Numbered from the stretch's first letter, positions 19,344 through 28,899 are shown. The stretch: 64,000 bases of DNA from Succinivibrionaceae bacterium (GCA_045628385.1 JAZQPH010000045.1:5442-69441); one strand, 5' to 3'. Numbers and translations are program-made. Notes: generated from the letters alone by a model not told the origin.

Positions 19344-22300
19344 TGCGGCTGCCCCGCCGTAAACATCGCATGCGCCTTTTCCTGCGCCGCGGACAGTTCG
19401 TTTTCGCTAAGCTGGCTTCTCAATGTCTCTCTCAAAGGCTCTGCGTCGGCATAATCGCATCCCCCGGCAATTGCGAGGCAGATGTAGACATATGCCTTTG
19501 ATTTGTCCTGATGCACGGAATTTCCTTCGCTGTACATCGTCGCCAAAACATATTGCGCATCGATGCTTCCGAGCCCAGCGGCCTTGGTCAATTCGGCGAC
19601 GCCTTCCTTCTCGCTGATTTTGCATCCGATGCCGTTCAGCAGCATTCTTCCGCGCTTGAACATAGCTTGCGTGTCGCCCAAAGACGCGGCCCTCGCATAA
19701 AGTTCGAAGGCCTTTTCCATATTCTGCTCCGTGCCGCGGCCCATTTCCGTCATGCGGGCAAGTCCGCGCACAGCCGACGGAATATCCGATTTGGCGGCGG
19801 CATTATAGTATTCGTGCGCTTTGGCGTAATTCTTATCGCAACCTATGCCCTTGTAGAACATGTCGCCAGCCAGCGCGGCCGCTTCGGCATCGCCCTGTTT
19901 TGCCGCTTTTTCGATCCATGACAGAGCTTGATCGTCCCAGCCGAGCTGCACGCACAGTTCGCCCGATTTCTTCTGCGCCCACACATTTCCTTTAAGCGCG
20001 GGCACGGCATAACAGGCAAGCGCAGCTTCAGCATCGGCGTCTATTCCCGCGCCCGATTCAAGGACTTTGCCCAATTCAATGCTCGCCTCGTCATCGCCGA
20101 GGCGCGAAGCTCTTTTCAGCGCAGCCGTCCCGCGATACAGATCTTTTTGGGTTCCTCTGCCTTCGATCATGCACATGCCCATGCGGTACGAAGCTTTGGC
20201 GCATCCGTTCTGCTCGGCTTTTGCATACCATCTGAAAGCATCGATGTAATTTCTTTCTACGCCGTCGCCCGTTTCATAAGCCCGGCCCAATTCATACTGG
20301 GACACGGCATCTCCAGATTCCGCGCCGTACCTGAACATCTCAATGGCTCTTATCATGTTCTTCTCGCCGCCGCTTTTGCCTGCAAAAGCCTCTCCCAGTA
20401 TGCGGTAGGCGTTGCGATCTTTGTCCCTGACAGCTTCTTCAAGCAATTTAATGCCGCGCGTTCTAGACTCCCCGCCCTGCGCTATCAGCTGGATCGCAAA
20501 TTCGCGCCGCGCGCCTTTGTGTCCCGCGGACATAGCCTGTGAGAAATAAACTTCGGATTTTCCCGGATTGCGCGAAACCATGTAGCTCGACTCGTACATC
20601 TGTCCCAATCTGAACAAAGCATCAGCGTTTCCGAGATCCGCGGCTTTCGTGTAGCACTCGACGGCTTTGCGCGAGTCCTGCCGAACGCCTTTGCCTTCTT
20701 CAAACAGCTTACCGAGGGAGTAGTACGCTCTGGCATCGCCCGCTTCGGCTGCCGATCTGTACCATTTGAGCGCTTCCGATTCGCTCTTTTCCAAACCGTC
20801 TCCGCGTTCGTGGCATGAGGCGATCATAATCTGCGCGGACGGATTGCCGTGATCGGCCGCAACCTTATACCATCTGAGAGCTTCTTCGCGATTTTGGTTC
20901 ACGCCGATGCCTTCGTCATACATATGCGCGATGGCATATTCGCAGTCGACGTTGCCGTTGCTTGCTCCGCGACGATACCAGGCAAAAGCTTCCTGCTCAT
21001 ACTTGGCTCCGCCGATCTTGCGTTCAATCTTGCCGGATTCGCCCGTCCAAAGAACCTTTTTGACGGCAGAATCCTCGGCATCGAGAACGCCGATGTTTAT
21101 CAAATGATTTTCAATGTAATAAGCAAGCTTGTATTGCGCCGCGTCGCACTCGCGTTCTGCAGCCCTGCGGTACCAGTTAAAAGCGTCCTGATATTCGCAC
21201 GCGGCATCGTGCCTGTCCGCAAGACGCATGATGGCCGCCATCGATCCCTGCTCGGCGGCACGTCTGTACATATAATCGGATCTGGCTTCATTCTGCGTTA
21301 CGGCAATGCCGTGCTCGTAAAGATATCCCGCATAGCATAAGGCTTCCGGCAAGTTTTTATCGACGGCCTCCATGACTCGGGAGATGCCTGCAGGGAAATT
21401 CGGCGGATTTTTTTCAATCAGAAGTTTGCCCAAACTGTAATTTGCAAGCGGGAAATCCTTTTCGATAGCTTTAAGGTAGCATTGTTCGGCCTTGAAAACG
21501 TCTTTTCTAAAACCGACCTTCCCGGCTGCGTAAGCATCGCCCAATGCAACCAAAGCCTTGGACAATCCGGCTTCGGCAGCGGCTCTCAGGCGTCTTGCCC
21601 CTTCGCGGCGCTCCTCCGCGGTTGCATCTTTTACGAGAAGCCTCGCCGCAAGAATATTCTGCGCTTCAGGTTCTCCCAAATCGGCGGCCTTTTTAAGATG
21701 CGCCGCTCCCGCGCTTTCGTCGCGGTCCGATTCCGGACCGTACAGCTCTATTCTGGCAAGATTGGCCAATGCTTTTGGAATTCCTGCGTCTGCCGCAATC
21801 CTGAGCCAGGACAAAGCGCACTCGGGATCGCGCTCAACGCTATCAGAGAACAGTTTCATCATGCCCGCATGATATGCGCATCCTGCATCCCCCTTCTCAG
21901 CGAGGGATTCGAGAAATGAAAATAAGCGATTATTGGCGCTTGACGAAGCAGACCACACGACCTGACGAGAACGTGGAGCCAAAATTCCCTGCGCCGCAGG
22001 AGCAGGACGATGCATTTTTTCTCGGCATTCGGCGACGTAATCCTCTGCGTCCTGTTCGCACCAAGAAAGAGGCTCGCCATAATCTTCCGTCTTTTGGCTT
22101 ATGCCACGCATCTCCTCGACGGCAGCAGCGGCAGTTTCCGGAGTAAGCCCGCGAGATCTCCAGACAAAATAATTAGAACTTTCTTTTATTTTTCCCAATA
22201 CGGTTTCGGAGTTGCCGTAACCTTGAGCGGCAGCTTTGCCGATCCAGTCGGATGCCTGCATTTGGCTTTTTATGACGCCGCGGCCTTTAAGGTACATCTG

Positions 22301-22432
22301 TCCCAGGTAATACTGGGCTTTTGCGTTTCCAGAAATTGCAAGAGGACGCAGCAGGCGAAGCGCCGTTCTGTAGTCGCCGGAATCGTATGCGGCTACGCCG
22401 GCATCGACTCCTTCCAATCCGATCTCTTCCAT
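19340..22432 (-). CDS. Very large Sel1-like repeat (SLR/TPR-like) protein with no signal peptide
   Basis: 1030 aa. About two dozen repeats of the SLR pattern, for example AQYYLGQMYLKGRGVIKSQMQASDWIGKAAAQG, CEYAIAHMYDEGIGVNQNREEALRWYKVAADHG and AYYSLGKLFEEGKGVRQDSRKAVECYTKAADLG. The N-terminus (MEEIGLEGVDAG...) is hydrophilic. Confidence 0.9.
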   Translation of the reverse strand: MEEIGLEGVDAGVAAYDSGDYRTALRLLRPLAISGNAKAQYYLGQMYLKGRGVIKSQMQASDWIGKAAAQGYGNSETVLGKIKESSNYFVWRSRGLTPETAAAAVEEMRGISQKTEDYGEPLSWCEQDAEDYVAECREKMHRPAPAAQGILAPRSRQVVWSASSSANNRLFSFLESLAEKGDAGCAYHAGMMKLFSDSVERDPECALSWLRIAADAGIPKALANLARIELYGPESDRDESAGAAHLKKAADLGEPEAQNILAARLLVKDATAEERREGARRLRAAAEAGLSKALVALGDAYAAGKVGFRKDVFKAEQCYLKAIEKDFPLANYSLGKLLIEKNPPNFPAGISRVMEAVDKNLPEALCYAGYLYEHGIAVTQNEARSDYMYRRAAEQGSMAAIMRLADRHDAACEYQDAFNWYRRAAERECDAAQYKLAYYIENHLINIGVLDAEDSAVKKVLWTGESGKIERKIGGAKYEQEAFAWYRRGASNGNVDCEYAIAHMYDEGIGVNQNREEALRWYKVAADHGNPSAQIMIASCHERGDGLEKSESEALKWYRSAAEAGDARAYYSLGKLFEEGKGVRQDSRKAVECYTKAADLGNADALFRLGQMYESSYMVSRNPGKSEVYFSQAMSAGHKGARREFAIQLIAQGGESRTRGIKLLEEAVRDKDRNAYRILGEAFAGKSGGEKNMIRAIEMFRYGAESGDAVSQYELGRAYETGDGVERNYIDAFRWYAKAEQNGCAKASYRMGMCMIEGRGTQKDLYRGTAALKRASRLGDDEASIELGKVLESGAGIDADAEAALACYAVPALKGNVWAQKKSGELCVQLGWDDQALSWIEKAAKQGDAEAAALAGDMFYKGIGCDKNYAKAHEYYNAAAKSDIPSAVRGLARMTEMGRGTEQNMEKAFELYARAASLGDTQAMFKRGRMLLNGIGCKISEKEGVAELTKAAGLGSIDAQYVLATMYSEGNSVHQDKSKAYVYICLAIAGGCDYADAEPLRETLRSQLSENELSAAQEKAHAMFTAGQPQ

Positions 22433-22524
22433 TTTGCAAGCCCAACAGCCAAATTTGAACCCATAAAAACGGGCACCGAAACATAATTAAAACAAATATT
22501 CCCCGCCGCAGCATGGCGCGGGAT

Positions 22525-23292
22525 CTATTTTTTTGCCGATGGCATGAGCGATTGCCCTGGCAAATACAAATCAAAACGCAAACCCTTGGTGTCTATCGAA
22601 TTCGCCGTCATGCAATCCCCAAGATAAGGAGCGCCCGAAGGACGTTTTACCGCCACGCGTTTTCTTGCAAGTCTCAGCGCAGCCTCCAGCAACTCTCCGG
22701 AATCTTCGTCGGCGCCGACCAGAGCATGAAACGCCCGCATATCTTTTTTGACCAGCGCGCTGCCTTTTTTCGGCGGAAACATCGGATCAAGATAAACGGA
22801 ATCGCACACTCCGCTTTCGCCGATTTCAAGAATCGATGCGTGCGAAGACAGCACCAGCCGTTCCCTGATCAAAGAACCGATTTCCGGATCTTCCGAGCCG
22901 CGGCGCAACCCGTCCCACAAAAGAGCGCGAACGGCGGGATTTCTTTCGAACATCGTCACTCTTGCGCCCAATCCCGCAAGCACAAAAGCATCTCTTGCCA
23001 ATCCTGCGGTGGCATCGAAGATTTCCGGTTCGGCAAGGCCTTTGGGAAAACACGCTCGCGCCACGGCCTGTCCTTTTCCCCCGCCGTGCTCGCGCCTCCA
23101 TGCGGCTTTTCCCGAAACAAAATCCACCCGCACTCCGGTTCCCGGCTTTTCGTCATGAGCGAGCAGTTCCAAAATGCCGCAGGTCATGGTCAGCCGAAAC
23201 TGTTCGGGCAAGAATACGCTCCCCCTCTCGGCCAGAGCGTCAATTTCGGGATTTAAGCCCGCGGGCACGTCAATTTCCAGAGGAAAAAGCAC
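22525..23292 (-). CDS. rsmJ: 16S rRNA (guanine1516-N2)-methyltransferase RsmJ
   Basis: 255 aa. Contains DATAGLARDAFVLAGLGARVTMFERNP, VYLDPMFP.KKGSALVKKDMRAF and VAVKRP, colinear with E. coli RsmJ (YhiQ). The GTG start abuts the aroE stop. Confidence 0.88.
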   Translation of the reverse strand: MLFPLEIDVPAGLNPEIDALAERGSVFLPEQFRLTMTCGILELLAHDEKPGTGVRVDFVSGKAAWRREHGGGKGQAVARACFPKGLAEPEIFDATAGLARDAFVLAGLGARVTMFERNPAVRALLWDGLRRGSEDPEIGSLIRERLVLSSHASILEIGESGVCDSVYLDPMFPPKKGSALVKKDMRAFHALVGADEDSGELLEAALRLARKRVAVKRPSGAPYLGDCMTANSIDTKGLRFDLYLPGQSLMPSAKK

Positions 23293-24102
23293 TCAGTTCC
23301 TTCCCTTTTTGAGCGCAGCGATTACAGGCTCGGCCTTCGGCATGATTCCTCGCCACAGATAAAAACTTTCCGCCGCCTGCCTTACCAGCATGCCAATTCC
23401 GTCCGCCACGCCGGCCGCGCCGCATTCTTGGGCATAACGCGTAAAAGCCGTGCCATTATCCGCATACATCAAGTCGTATGCAAAAGTAGACTTTCCGATC
23501 GCGCTTTGGGGAATGGGCGGAACTTCTCCCGAAATAGAACTGGACGTGGCATTGATGACTGCCGCAAACGTGCCCTCAATGCCGTCATATCCCGTGCCGA
23601 CGCATCCGCAGCCAAACATGTCCGCGAGTTCCTCTGCCTTTTTTACGGTTCTGTTGGCAATAACGAGACGGGCCGGGCTTTTGTCCAAAATTGGACCGAT
23701 TATGCCGCGGGCAGCCCCGCCCGCTCCGAGGATCAGCACGTCGCTTCCTTTAATCCTGACGCCGAGCGCTTCAAGATCCGCGGCAAGACCAGCTCCGTCG
23801 GTATTATCCCCGACAATGCTGCCGTCATGTTCGAACTTCAGCGTATTGACGGCGCCGGCGTCGCTTGCCCGCTGCGTAAGGATGTTTGCCAATTTATAGG
23901 CATCGAGCTTGAACGGCACCGTGACATTGCATCCTTTTGCGCCCTGCGCGATAAGCCGCTTTACGGCAGAAGCAAAACCGCCGATTTCCGCAAGCAATGG
24001 CTCATAAGCCATGTGCTGCGCAGTTTCTTCGGCAAACATGCCGTGAATAAGAGGCGATTTGCTATGGCCTATCGGATTGCCGATAACGTAATATCTGTCC
24101 AT
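23293..24102 (-). CDS. aroE: Shikimate dehydrogenase AroE
   Basis: 269 aa. Begins MDRYYVIGNPIGHSKSPLIHGMFAEE and contains NVTVPFK, NTDGAG and GAGGAARG. Confidence 0.95.
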   Translation of the reverse strand: MDRYYVIGNPIGHSKSPLIHGMFAEETAQHMAYEPLLAEIGGFASAVKRLIAQGAKGCNVTVPFKLDAYKLANILTQRASDAGAVNTLKFEHDGSIVGDNTDGAGLAADLEALGVRIKGSDVLILGAGGAARGIIGPILDKSPARLVIANRTVKKAEELADMFGCGCVGTGYDGIEGTFAAVINATSSSISGEVPPIPQSAIGKSTFAYDLMYADNGTAFTRYAQECGAAGVADGIGMLVRQAAESFYLWRGIMPKAEPVIAALKKGRN

Positions 24103-24133
24103 GTCGTGTCCTGTGTTTGCAAAGGGCGGAACA

Positions 24134-24724
24134 TTATTCTCTGACGCGATTGCCGGTCAGAAGATCGTATATCGGAGAAGGCCGGGAAAATCCCAATGTA
24201 GCGGCATCGGCCACATAATCGACGGCTTTGCCGTTTCCTGATCTTTCAAGCCATTCCCTGACGTCATGCGCCGTGCGGCACGGCTCGCTGCCCGACGCGT
24301 TGGCGCTAGTTGAAACTATCGGTTTTCCCGTTATGCGGCAGATTGCCGAAATAAAAGGATGCTCGCTGACCCTTGCGGCAATCGTTCCTCGGCCGCCCGT
24401 CAGAACGCTGTTGGCTTTTTCTGAAGCAGGCAGGATAAATGTATAAAACCCCGGCCAGGCATCGAGAGCATCATTGATTTTTACATCGGAAGGAAGCGGA
24501 TTTGCCACATACGGAGCTATAAGATCGTATGAATCAGCCACCAGAATCATGCCTTTTCCGGGATCCCTGCCTTTTAGGGCAAGAATCCTTTCAAGAGCGT
24601 CCAGGGAATCTGGATCGCATCCGATGCCGAATACGGCTTCCGTAGGATAGGCGATAATCCCGCCTTCCGTCACAATGCGCGCGGCATCTTCAGCGCTCCT
24701 GCCGAACAAGCTATCGCTTAGCAT
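24134..24724 (-). CDS. tsaC: L-threonylcarbamoyladenylate synthase TsaC (YrdC type)
   Basis: 196 aa with YPTEAVFGIGCDP and STSAN motifs. It lies next to aroE as in E. coli. Confidence 0.9.
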   Translation of the reverse strand: MLSDSLFGRSAEDAARIVTEGGIIAYPTEAVFGIGCDPDSLDALERILALKGRDPGKGMILVADSYDLIAPYVANPLPSDVKINDALDAWPGFYTFILPASEKANSVLTGGRGTIAARVSEHPFISAICRITGKPIVSTSANASGSEPCRTAHDVREWLERSGNGKAVDYVADAATLGFSRPSPIYDLLTGNRVRE

Positions 24725-25245
24725 CCGAATGCTGCCGCAACCTTTTCTCTGAGAGCAGCGTCTTTCTTTGCAACCGCGTCGGCGCTTCTCTGCCTTTCCG
24801 AAGCAAAGGCCTGTGCCAATTCAGAATTTGAAAGCGCCAGCATCTGCACGGCAAAATAAGCTGCATTTTTGGCTCCCGCCTTGCCGATTGCCATGGTTGC
24901 AACCGGTATTCCGCCAGGCATCTGCACCGTCGAAAGCAGCGCGTCCACGCCGTGTAGCGGACCGCAGTCAATAGGCACCCCGAGCACCGGTCTTGTGGTA
25001 TTTGCGGCAACGGCGCCCGCAAGATGAGCCGCAAGCCCTGCCGCGCATATAAACACGGCACAGCCGTTTGATTCGGCTTCCTTTACGAATCGCATGGTTT
25101 CGGCAGGAGTCCTGTGAGCCGAAGTGACTTTTGCTTCAAACGGAACATTAAACGACTTCAGAACGGAGAAGCACGGTTCCATCGTTGCATAATCGGAATC
25201 GGATCCCATAAGGATCGCGACAAACGGTTTATTTTGATTTGACAT
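24718..25245 (-). CDS. purE: 5-(carboxyamino)imidazole ribonucleotide mutase PurE
   Basis: 175 aa. Contains [20 protein letters not shown] and [17 protein letters not shown]. Confidence 0.95.
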   Translation of the reverse strand: MSNQNKPFVAILMGSDSDYATMEPCFSVLKSFNVPFEAKVTSAHRTPAETMRFVKEAESNGCAVFICAAGLAAHLAGAVAANTTRPVLGVPIDCGPLHGVDALLSTVQMPGGIPVATMAIGKAGAKNAAYFAVQMLALSNSELAQAFASERQRSADAVAKKDAALREKVAAAFGC

Positions 25246-25402
25246 ATTTATGTTCCTTAATTCCGCCGGACCGCCTGGGCGGCGGCCAAAATCGCCAAGA
25301 AATCACGCCCAAAACGCAGTTCGGATCGGCTGCCAGGCAATTCTGCATAGTTTATCAGATCCGCGCAGGCCAAAACTCCGAACCTTGTCGGCCCGAAGAA
25401 TG

Positions 25403-25963
25403 TCATGATTCTGGCCATGGAAATTTTGCTTTGCATGCAATGCTCGCGCAGCGCAAAAAAAGTCCGGCTTTGCCCCGATGCTTGTACGTGACCGGAAAAC
25501 CGCATTTTGGGCACGAATGCGTTGTCGGTTCCCTGTTCGAAACAAATCCGCAACAGTCTTTTCCCGAGCAAACATAAAACATTTTTCCGTACTTTGTTGC
25601 CCTCCGGCGCATCTGTCCCTTGCCGCACCGCGGGCACGCCACGGATTTCCATCCGTCATCAGCTCTTTCCTCATGAATAAAGAGGCATTCGGGATAAGAC
25701 GTGCACCCGACAAACATCCCGTATCTTGACTGTTTGACGGCCAAAGTTCCGCCGCAGTTTGGGCATGCCGCGCCGTCGATAATCTTTACGGTTATCACTC
25801 CCCTATGCGATGCCGAACGTACAAAATCGCAGTCAGGATACGAAGTGCAACAAAGAAGCGGACCGTTTTTTGAATTTCTGATTACCAATGCCGAACCGCA
25901 TTTTGGACAGACTTCCGCTATTTCATCAGAACTTTTTTCAGATTCGTTCTCGCTATCCGACAT
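25403..25963 (-). CDS. yrdD: YrdD-like topoisomerase-type zinc-ribbon protein
   Basis: Start at the ATG at 25963. There are four CxxC...C-type zinc-ribbon repeats (CPKCGSAL, CPNCGGTL, CPRCGKG, CPKCGFPV) with the CTSYPEC motif of the TopA C-terminal domains. Its position near tsaC/aroE matches E. coli yrdD. Confidence 0.8.
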   Translation of the reverse strand: MSDSENESEKSSDEIAEVCPKCGSALVIRNSKNGPLLCCTSYPDCDFVRSASHRGVITVKIIDGAACPNCGGTLAVKQSRYGMFVGCTSYPECLFIHEERADDGWKSVACPRCGKGQMRRRATKYGKMFYVCSGKDCCGFVSNREPTTHSCPKCGFPVTYKHRGKAGLFLRCASIACKAKFPWPES

Positions 25964-25997
25964 GTATCCCAAACCCCATTTGCGATGCCAAACAGTA

Positions 25998-26035
25998 CAA
26001 AAAAATAAAAAGGCGAATCCCAGATTCGCCTTTTT
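25998..26035 (-). terminator. Rho-independent terminator after the LysM gene
   Basis: AAAGGCGAATC-CCA-GATTCGCCTTT hairpin flanked by an A-run and a T-run. On the minus strand it is followed by TTTTTATTTTTTT, 22 nt after the stop. Confidence 0.85.
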
Positions 26036-26056
26036 AATCAGATCTCTGAAAGATCC

Positions 26057-27121
26057 TTATTCGTCAGCATTTACCAGCTTTGCTCCGACAGGAATCAAAT
26101 CGCTGGAATCCATTACCAGAGCCAAAGAAAGGTTGTCATAGGTCTTGAAGACCATTGCGTGTCCGATCTCAAGATCCGGCAATTTGCTGTGCTCGGACAT
26201 AGCGGAAATCAATCTATCAGACACAGTACCGCCATCAACATAGCTTACGGAACCGCTAACGTCAGAAATCTTCACGCCGTCGCGGGTAATGGTGAATACG
26301 TCACCGTTGGAAACGCCGCGGGATTTGCCTGCGCTGATGACAACAGTCTGAAGCTTGCCGACATAACGGCTGCCGATAACGTTATCAAGAACGTATACGT
26401 TTCCTGAAACTTTTGCAGGCTTCATAGGGAAGTATGCGTCGTATCCGCTGATCTTGGCAACAGGAACAACCTTTTCGCCCTGATTGATTTCCTTGACGGA
26501 CTTAATCAGAGTGCATTCAGTAACATTTCCGTCCATAACCCTGTTGGCTACGATAACGCCGGACAGAACTGCGCGATATCCGAGAACGTTGCCCGTGTCA
26601 GGATCCTTAAACTTCTTCGGAGTCGAATAGATGGCATACTGCTCGCCTGGAGTCAGAGCGCCCTTAACATAAATGCCCTGAACGTCAGCCATGCTTTTGC
26701 GATTGAAATTGTCGCCGAGAACATATGGAAGGCCATCGATATCCTGAGCAGTAGGGAATACATAATCAGCAGACAAGAAAGGAAGAATATCCTCGAGTCT
26801 TACGGTTGGGATGCCTTCGTCATCAGCCGAGCTTCTTACGGACGGGGAAAGACGAACGCGGCCGTTGCCGTTCTCATACACGATATTGAGCACATCGCCA
26901 GGATAAATCCAGTGCGGATCCTTGACCTGAGGGTTTACCTGCCAAATCTTCGGCCAGTGCCAAGGCTTGCGGAGGAACTTGCCGGAGATGTCCCACAAGG
27001 TATCGCCCTTCTTGACCACATAAGTGTCAGGATGGTTCTCGCGGAGGGTAACGGTGTCCGCCATAGCCATGGTGGTCAGTGCCAAGCCAGCCAAGAATGC
27101 TGCAAATTTGTTCTTAATCAT
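26057..27121 (-). CDS. LysM domain peptidoglycan-binding protein (secreted)
   Basis: 354 aa with a signal peptide (MIKNKFAAFLAGLALTTMAMA) and a LysM motif (YVVKKGDTLWDISGKFL..PWHWPKIW..N...DPHWIYPGDVL). This is the conserved LysM gene divergent from def in many Gammaproteobacteria. Confidence 0.85.
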   Translation of the reverse strand: MIKNKFAAFLAGLALTTMAMADTVTLRENHPDTYVVKKGDTLWDISGKFLRKPWHWPKIWQVNPQVKDPHWIYPGDVLNIVYENGNGRVRLSPSVRSSADDEGIPTVRLEDILPFLSADYVFPTAQDIDGLPYVLGDNFNRKSMADVQGIYVKGALTPGEQYAIYSTPKKFKDPDTGNVLGYRAVLSGVIVANRVMDGNVTECTLIKSVKEINQGEKVVPVAKISGYDAYFPMKPAKVSGNVYVLDNVIGSRYVGKLQTVVISAGKSRGVSNGDVFTITRDGVKISDVSGSVSYVDGGTVSDRLISAMSEHSKLPDLEIGHAMVFKTYDNLSLALVMDSSDLIPVGAKLVNADE

Positions 27122-27561
27122 AATCGTCCCTGTAAGACTGCGGATTATTTTTTCCCAACCCCCGCGCCGCCCGCATTGACGGCTCCATGCGGAGATTATC
27201 GTTAATTATGCGAAGATAGGCCGACAGCGTCCAGCCGTCAACCCATCTAATCTGCTTTTAAGCCACCGATCACAATGAATCGGATCAAACCGTGTGCCGA
27301 TTGTATGGGAAAAAGAAAACTGGCGATCAACAAATCTTCATATTCCCCAGAAAAAACACAGTGCCGATCAAATTTTTACCGATCGCGGAGCATATCCAAA
27401 CGAATTGCATGGCGGCTGCTGGCTCACAAATTTTGCGCAAATTACCATGACGACGAAGTTTTATGCAATATTTTGAAAAATTGACTGCTATATAAAGCAA
27501 ATTGCGCAATATTCTGACAAATATGGCCTAATTTGGCGTAAAATCGCCGTTACAACGTCAT

Positions 27562-28899
27562 ATGCGCAAGATAGATTATCAGATATCGGAGAATATTGAT
27601 ATGCCGCATGGTACGCGACGCCCGGGAAGCCCAGGAATTCCGACCGAAGAACAGACAAAAGCGCTCAGAGACAGCATCCGCCTGACGGAAAAGATAATTG
27701 GTCGTGCGCCCGAGTCTACACAGACAGAAGAAGACATGGCTCCGGTACTCGCAAAATGCGTGCTGGTCGATTCGCCCGATCACCCATCCCTGTGCGAAAT
27801 AGGCAAAATGCTGTCGGACACAGACGCGGTTTTGGCAGTCGACACGGAATTCGTAAGAACAAACACCTTTTATCCGGTAGCTGCCCTCATTCAGGTTTCT
27901 GACGGCGAAACCGCATATCTCATAGATCCGATAGGTCTCGGCGAAAAAGCGTTTTCCGATGTCGCGCGTCAATTCTCTGATGCCGAAGCAACTCTTTTAA
28001 TGTTCAGCATGCACGAAGACCTTGAGGTTTTTCTGCGCTATGGGGGAAGCATCCCCAAAAGAGTCGAAGATCTGCAGATCATGGCGGGTTTTGCCGGACT
28101 TGAACCAAATGTCGGTCTTGCCGCAACTCTTGCCAGCGCAATCAGCATAGATCTGAAAAAAGAACAGACAACCAGCCTGTGGCTGCAGCGTCCGCTCGAT
28201 AACGCCCAACTATGCTACGCTGCGCAAGACGTTCTGTATCTTCACAAAACACGAGATAAATTCATGGAAGAAATGCGCAAGCGCGGCAATGAGTTCATCT
28301 TCCAAGAAGAAATGAGCATCTGTTTGTCAGATGCCAACCAGACAACGGACGACACCGATTATGTATCGATGGTCGACGCCATGCGCCAGCGCGCAACCAA
28401 GCAGGATGTCGACGCGCTTAGGCGGCTCATGATTTGGAGAATACAGACGGCAAGAAAACTCAACCGCGCGCCCGGCCAAATTATTCCGAACAAGGCACTT
28501 TGGAATATCGCAAGAGAACGCCCGGAAACCGTGCAGGAACTTGTCGGATGCGGCGTTCACGGAAATTCGGCCAGACTCAACGTTTCAGAAATTTCCAACG
28601 AATTGCGCAAGGCAAGCGGCGACAGCGATGTCTATTTTCCCGATCCCGAAAAATTCCCGTTAATTCAAAGCCTTTCGACGTGCATTGCCACCGAATTAAA
28701 AGATGCGGCAATTGAAGCCGGCATGTCTCCTGCTCTGGGATGCTCAAAGAAAAAGGCCTATGAATTTGCCCGCTGGCACCTGGAAACAGCAAAAAACCAA
28801 TGTCGTCTTCCTACGCCGTATGTCATGAAAGGACAATGGCGTTCAAAAATCGCTCTGGCAGTCGCAGCCTCGTTTCTCGAAAAATTGCGCCAATCCTGA
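27562..28899 (+). CDS. rnd: Ribonuclease D (DEDDy 3'-5' exonuclease plus HRDC)
   Basis: Contains AVDTEFVRTNTFYPVAALIQVSDGETAYLIDP, MHEDLEVF and YAAQDVLYL, colinear with E. coli RNase D. The start is uncertain: 27562, 27601 or 27736. E. coli-like length favours 27736. Confidence 0.85.
   Translation: MRKIDYQISENIDMPHGTRRPGSPGIPTEEQTKALRDSIRLTEKIIGRAPESTQTEEDMAPVLAKCVLVDSPDHPSLCEIGKMLSDTDAVLAVDTEFVRTNTFYPVAALIQVSDGETAYLIDPIGLGEKAFSDVARQFSDAEATLLMFSMHEDLEVFLRYGGSIPKRVEDLQIMAGFAGLEPNVGLAATLASAISIDLKKEQTTSLWLQRPLDNAQLCYAAQDVLYLHKTRDKFMEEMRKRGNEFIFQEEMSICLSDANQTTDDTDYVSMVDAMRQRATKQDVDALRRLMIWRIQTARKLNRAPGQIIPNKALWNIARERPETVQELVGCGVHGNSARLNVSEISNELRKASGDSDVYFPDPEKFPLIQSLSTCIATELKDAAIEAGMSPALGCSKKKAYEFARWHLETAKNQCRLPTPYVMKGQWRSKIALAVAASFLEKLRQS

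Noticed and set aside
19340-22432. Whether the Sel1 gene is a DNA-level tandem repeat or contingency locus
   Set aside because: The repeats are recognisable only at the protein level. The nucleotide sequences of the units are divergent, and I saw no homopolymeric or short tandem tracts that would suggest slippage.
22433-22524. Short hairpin plus T-run (CCCGC...GCGGG ATCTATTTTTTT) between rsmJ and the Sel1 gene
   Set aside because: The stem is only 5 bp. The T-run follows it on the plus strand, where no gene ends, so the orientation is wrong for terminating rsmJ.
27275-27509. Small ORFs of 60-69 aa on both strands in the LysM/rnd intergenic region
   Set aside because: None has a Shine-Dalgarno. 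They overlap one another in different frames and have Cys/Arg-rich composition typical of random ORFs. The region is better explained as regulatory DNA.
27122-27561. Possibility that the GATC cluster marks a replication origin
   Set aside because: I found no TTATCCACA-type DnaA boxes (the best is ATATCCAAA, with two mismatches) and no AT-rich 13-mer array. The flanking genes are not the usual oriC neighbours.
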